A DNA stretch of 62,753 bases, filler included, from Nemertoderma westbladi (lineage: Eukaryota; Animalia; Xenacoelomorpha): NCBI GenBank assembly GCA_032718475.1. It is 4 parts of 4 records of this genome, joined end to end, with 100 filler letters (N's around TTAATTAATTAA, not from the genome) between each part and the next. Parts side by side here need not be neighbours in the genome. Positions count along the whole stretch, not along the records: positions 52,765 to 62,753 come from JAUCBJ010008246.1; 3 more parts are not named here. One strand, 5' to 3'. Under the pieces are notes generated by a model that worked only from the letters and a program-made list of their open reading frames with translations, was not told the DNA's origin and did no database searches. The position numbers and the translations under genes were made by a program. Below, one piece after another: positions 61,859-62,753 of the stretch (position 1 is its first letter; the number at the start of each line of letters is the position of its first letter).

Positions 61859-62753
61859 TATCTGATTATTGTAGAGATAATTCTATAATTGTCTAATAAT
61901 TTAAATCACCATAGTTTTATCAATAACCAATATAAGTACAGCTAAGTAAAACTATCTCACAATCAATAACCAAAACAATAAACAAATAACGAAACTAGAT
62001 TTCCCTTTCGTAATTTAAGGGAATGGAGCAGGTTACAGTGATGGTGTTATCTACTGATTGCTGATCTAACAGACCATATCATATCATATCATATCAATTA
62101 GATTTAATAATTAGCGGAATGGAGCAGATTACAGTGGCGAGCTTGAGCTTTTCTAACCAAAACAATAAACGATAATTTATTTTAATAATAATAATTTTAA
62201 CGATATTATTATATTTGTTAATTTAAGTGTGTCAATAATAATAATTAACGCTGATAAGTCACGGTAGCGTTAATATAATGTAACAAAAACTAACACTATT
62301 ATTTTATTTACCACTGTGTCATAAGCTGAAGCTTAAATATATATAACTTTACAACAGGATAAGAAGTAAGTACTTCGTGTAGAGGTATAGCCAACCAATA
62401 AATATCACGTAACACATTACCTGCAATTTATTAGATCCAGTCCAGAGTCAGTGATTCATGACTCATAGAAGAAATCCAATATCTCAACAAATACACCAAT
62501 CACAGCGTGTTTTGGTAAGCCACTAGCCTGGTGTCAATGTACCAGGAGGTCTTCCCTGCCATTTGCTTAGAGCCTCCTGTCTGTCTGTTCTGTTTATTAT
62601 AGTAAAGGTGTGGTATGTGTTTCACGATTGGTCATGTGCTCACATCACCTGTGCTACAAGCTTGCCCTAAAGCATTAGTTAGGTGGAGTAAATAGCCTGT
62701 AGGTAATGGGACTGCTGGCTTCCAATTAATATGTCCAGGTTGATAGCCCTATC

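Overview
Eukaryotic (invertebrate-animal-like), AT-rich, transposon-saturated DNA. It consists of four separate contigs (1-20512, 20613-40319, 40420-52664, 52765-62753) joined by artificial N44-TTAATTAATTAA-N44 linkers, so adjacency across the linkers means nothing. Contig 1 holds a compact, intronless Polinton/Maverick (adintovirus-like) gene block: pX-like protein, A32/FtsK ATPase lacking Walker B, conserved hypothetical protein, rve integrase with chromodomain, and two tandem penton-like genes. Further along the same strand lie a triple-zinc-knuckle ORF and a miniature APLF-like FHA+PBZ gene, plus BEL/Pao, Penelope-like and piggyBac fragments. Contig 2 holds a SMARCAD1-like gene split by a 6.9-kb compound insertion and fused in frame to an RTE retrotransposon RT. 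It also has a BEL/Pao pol whose putative LTR is followed by a PBS-like site and a long decayed non-gag ORF carrying the same triple zinc knuckle. Contigs 3-4 carry hATm-like, Kolobok-like, hAT, Crypton-like, gypsy and LINE remnants and several satellites. No CRISPR array, rRNA or clearly functional tRNA is supported. All family calls come from motif recognition by eye, not from database searches.
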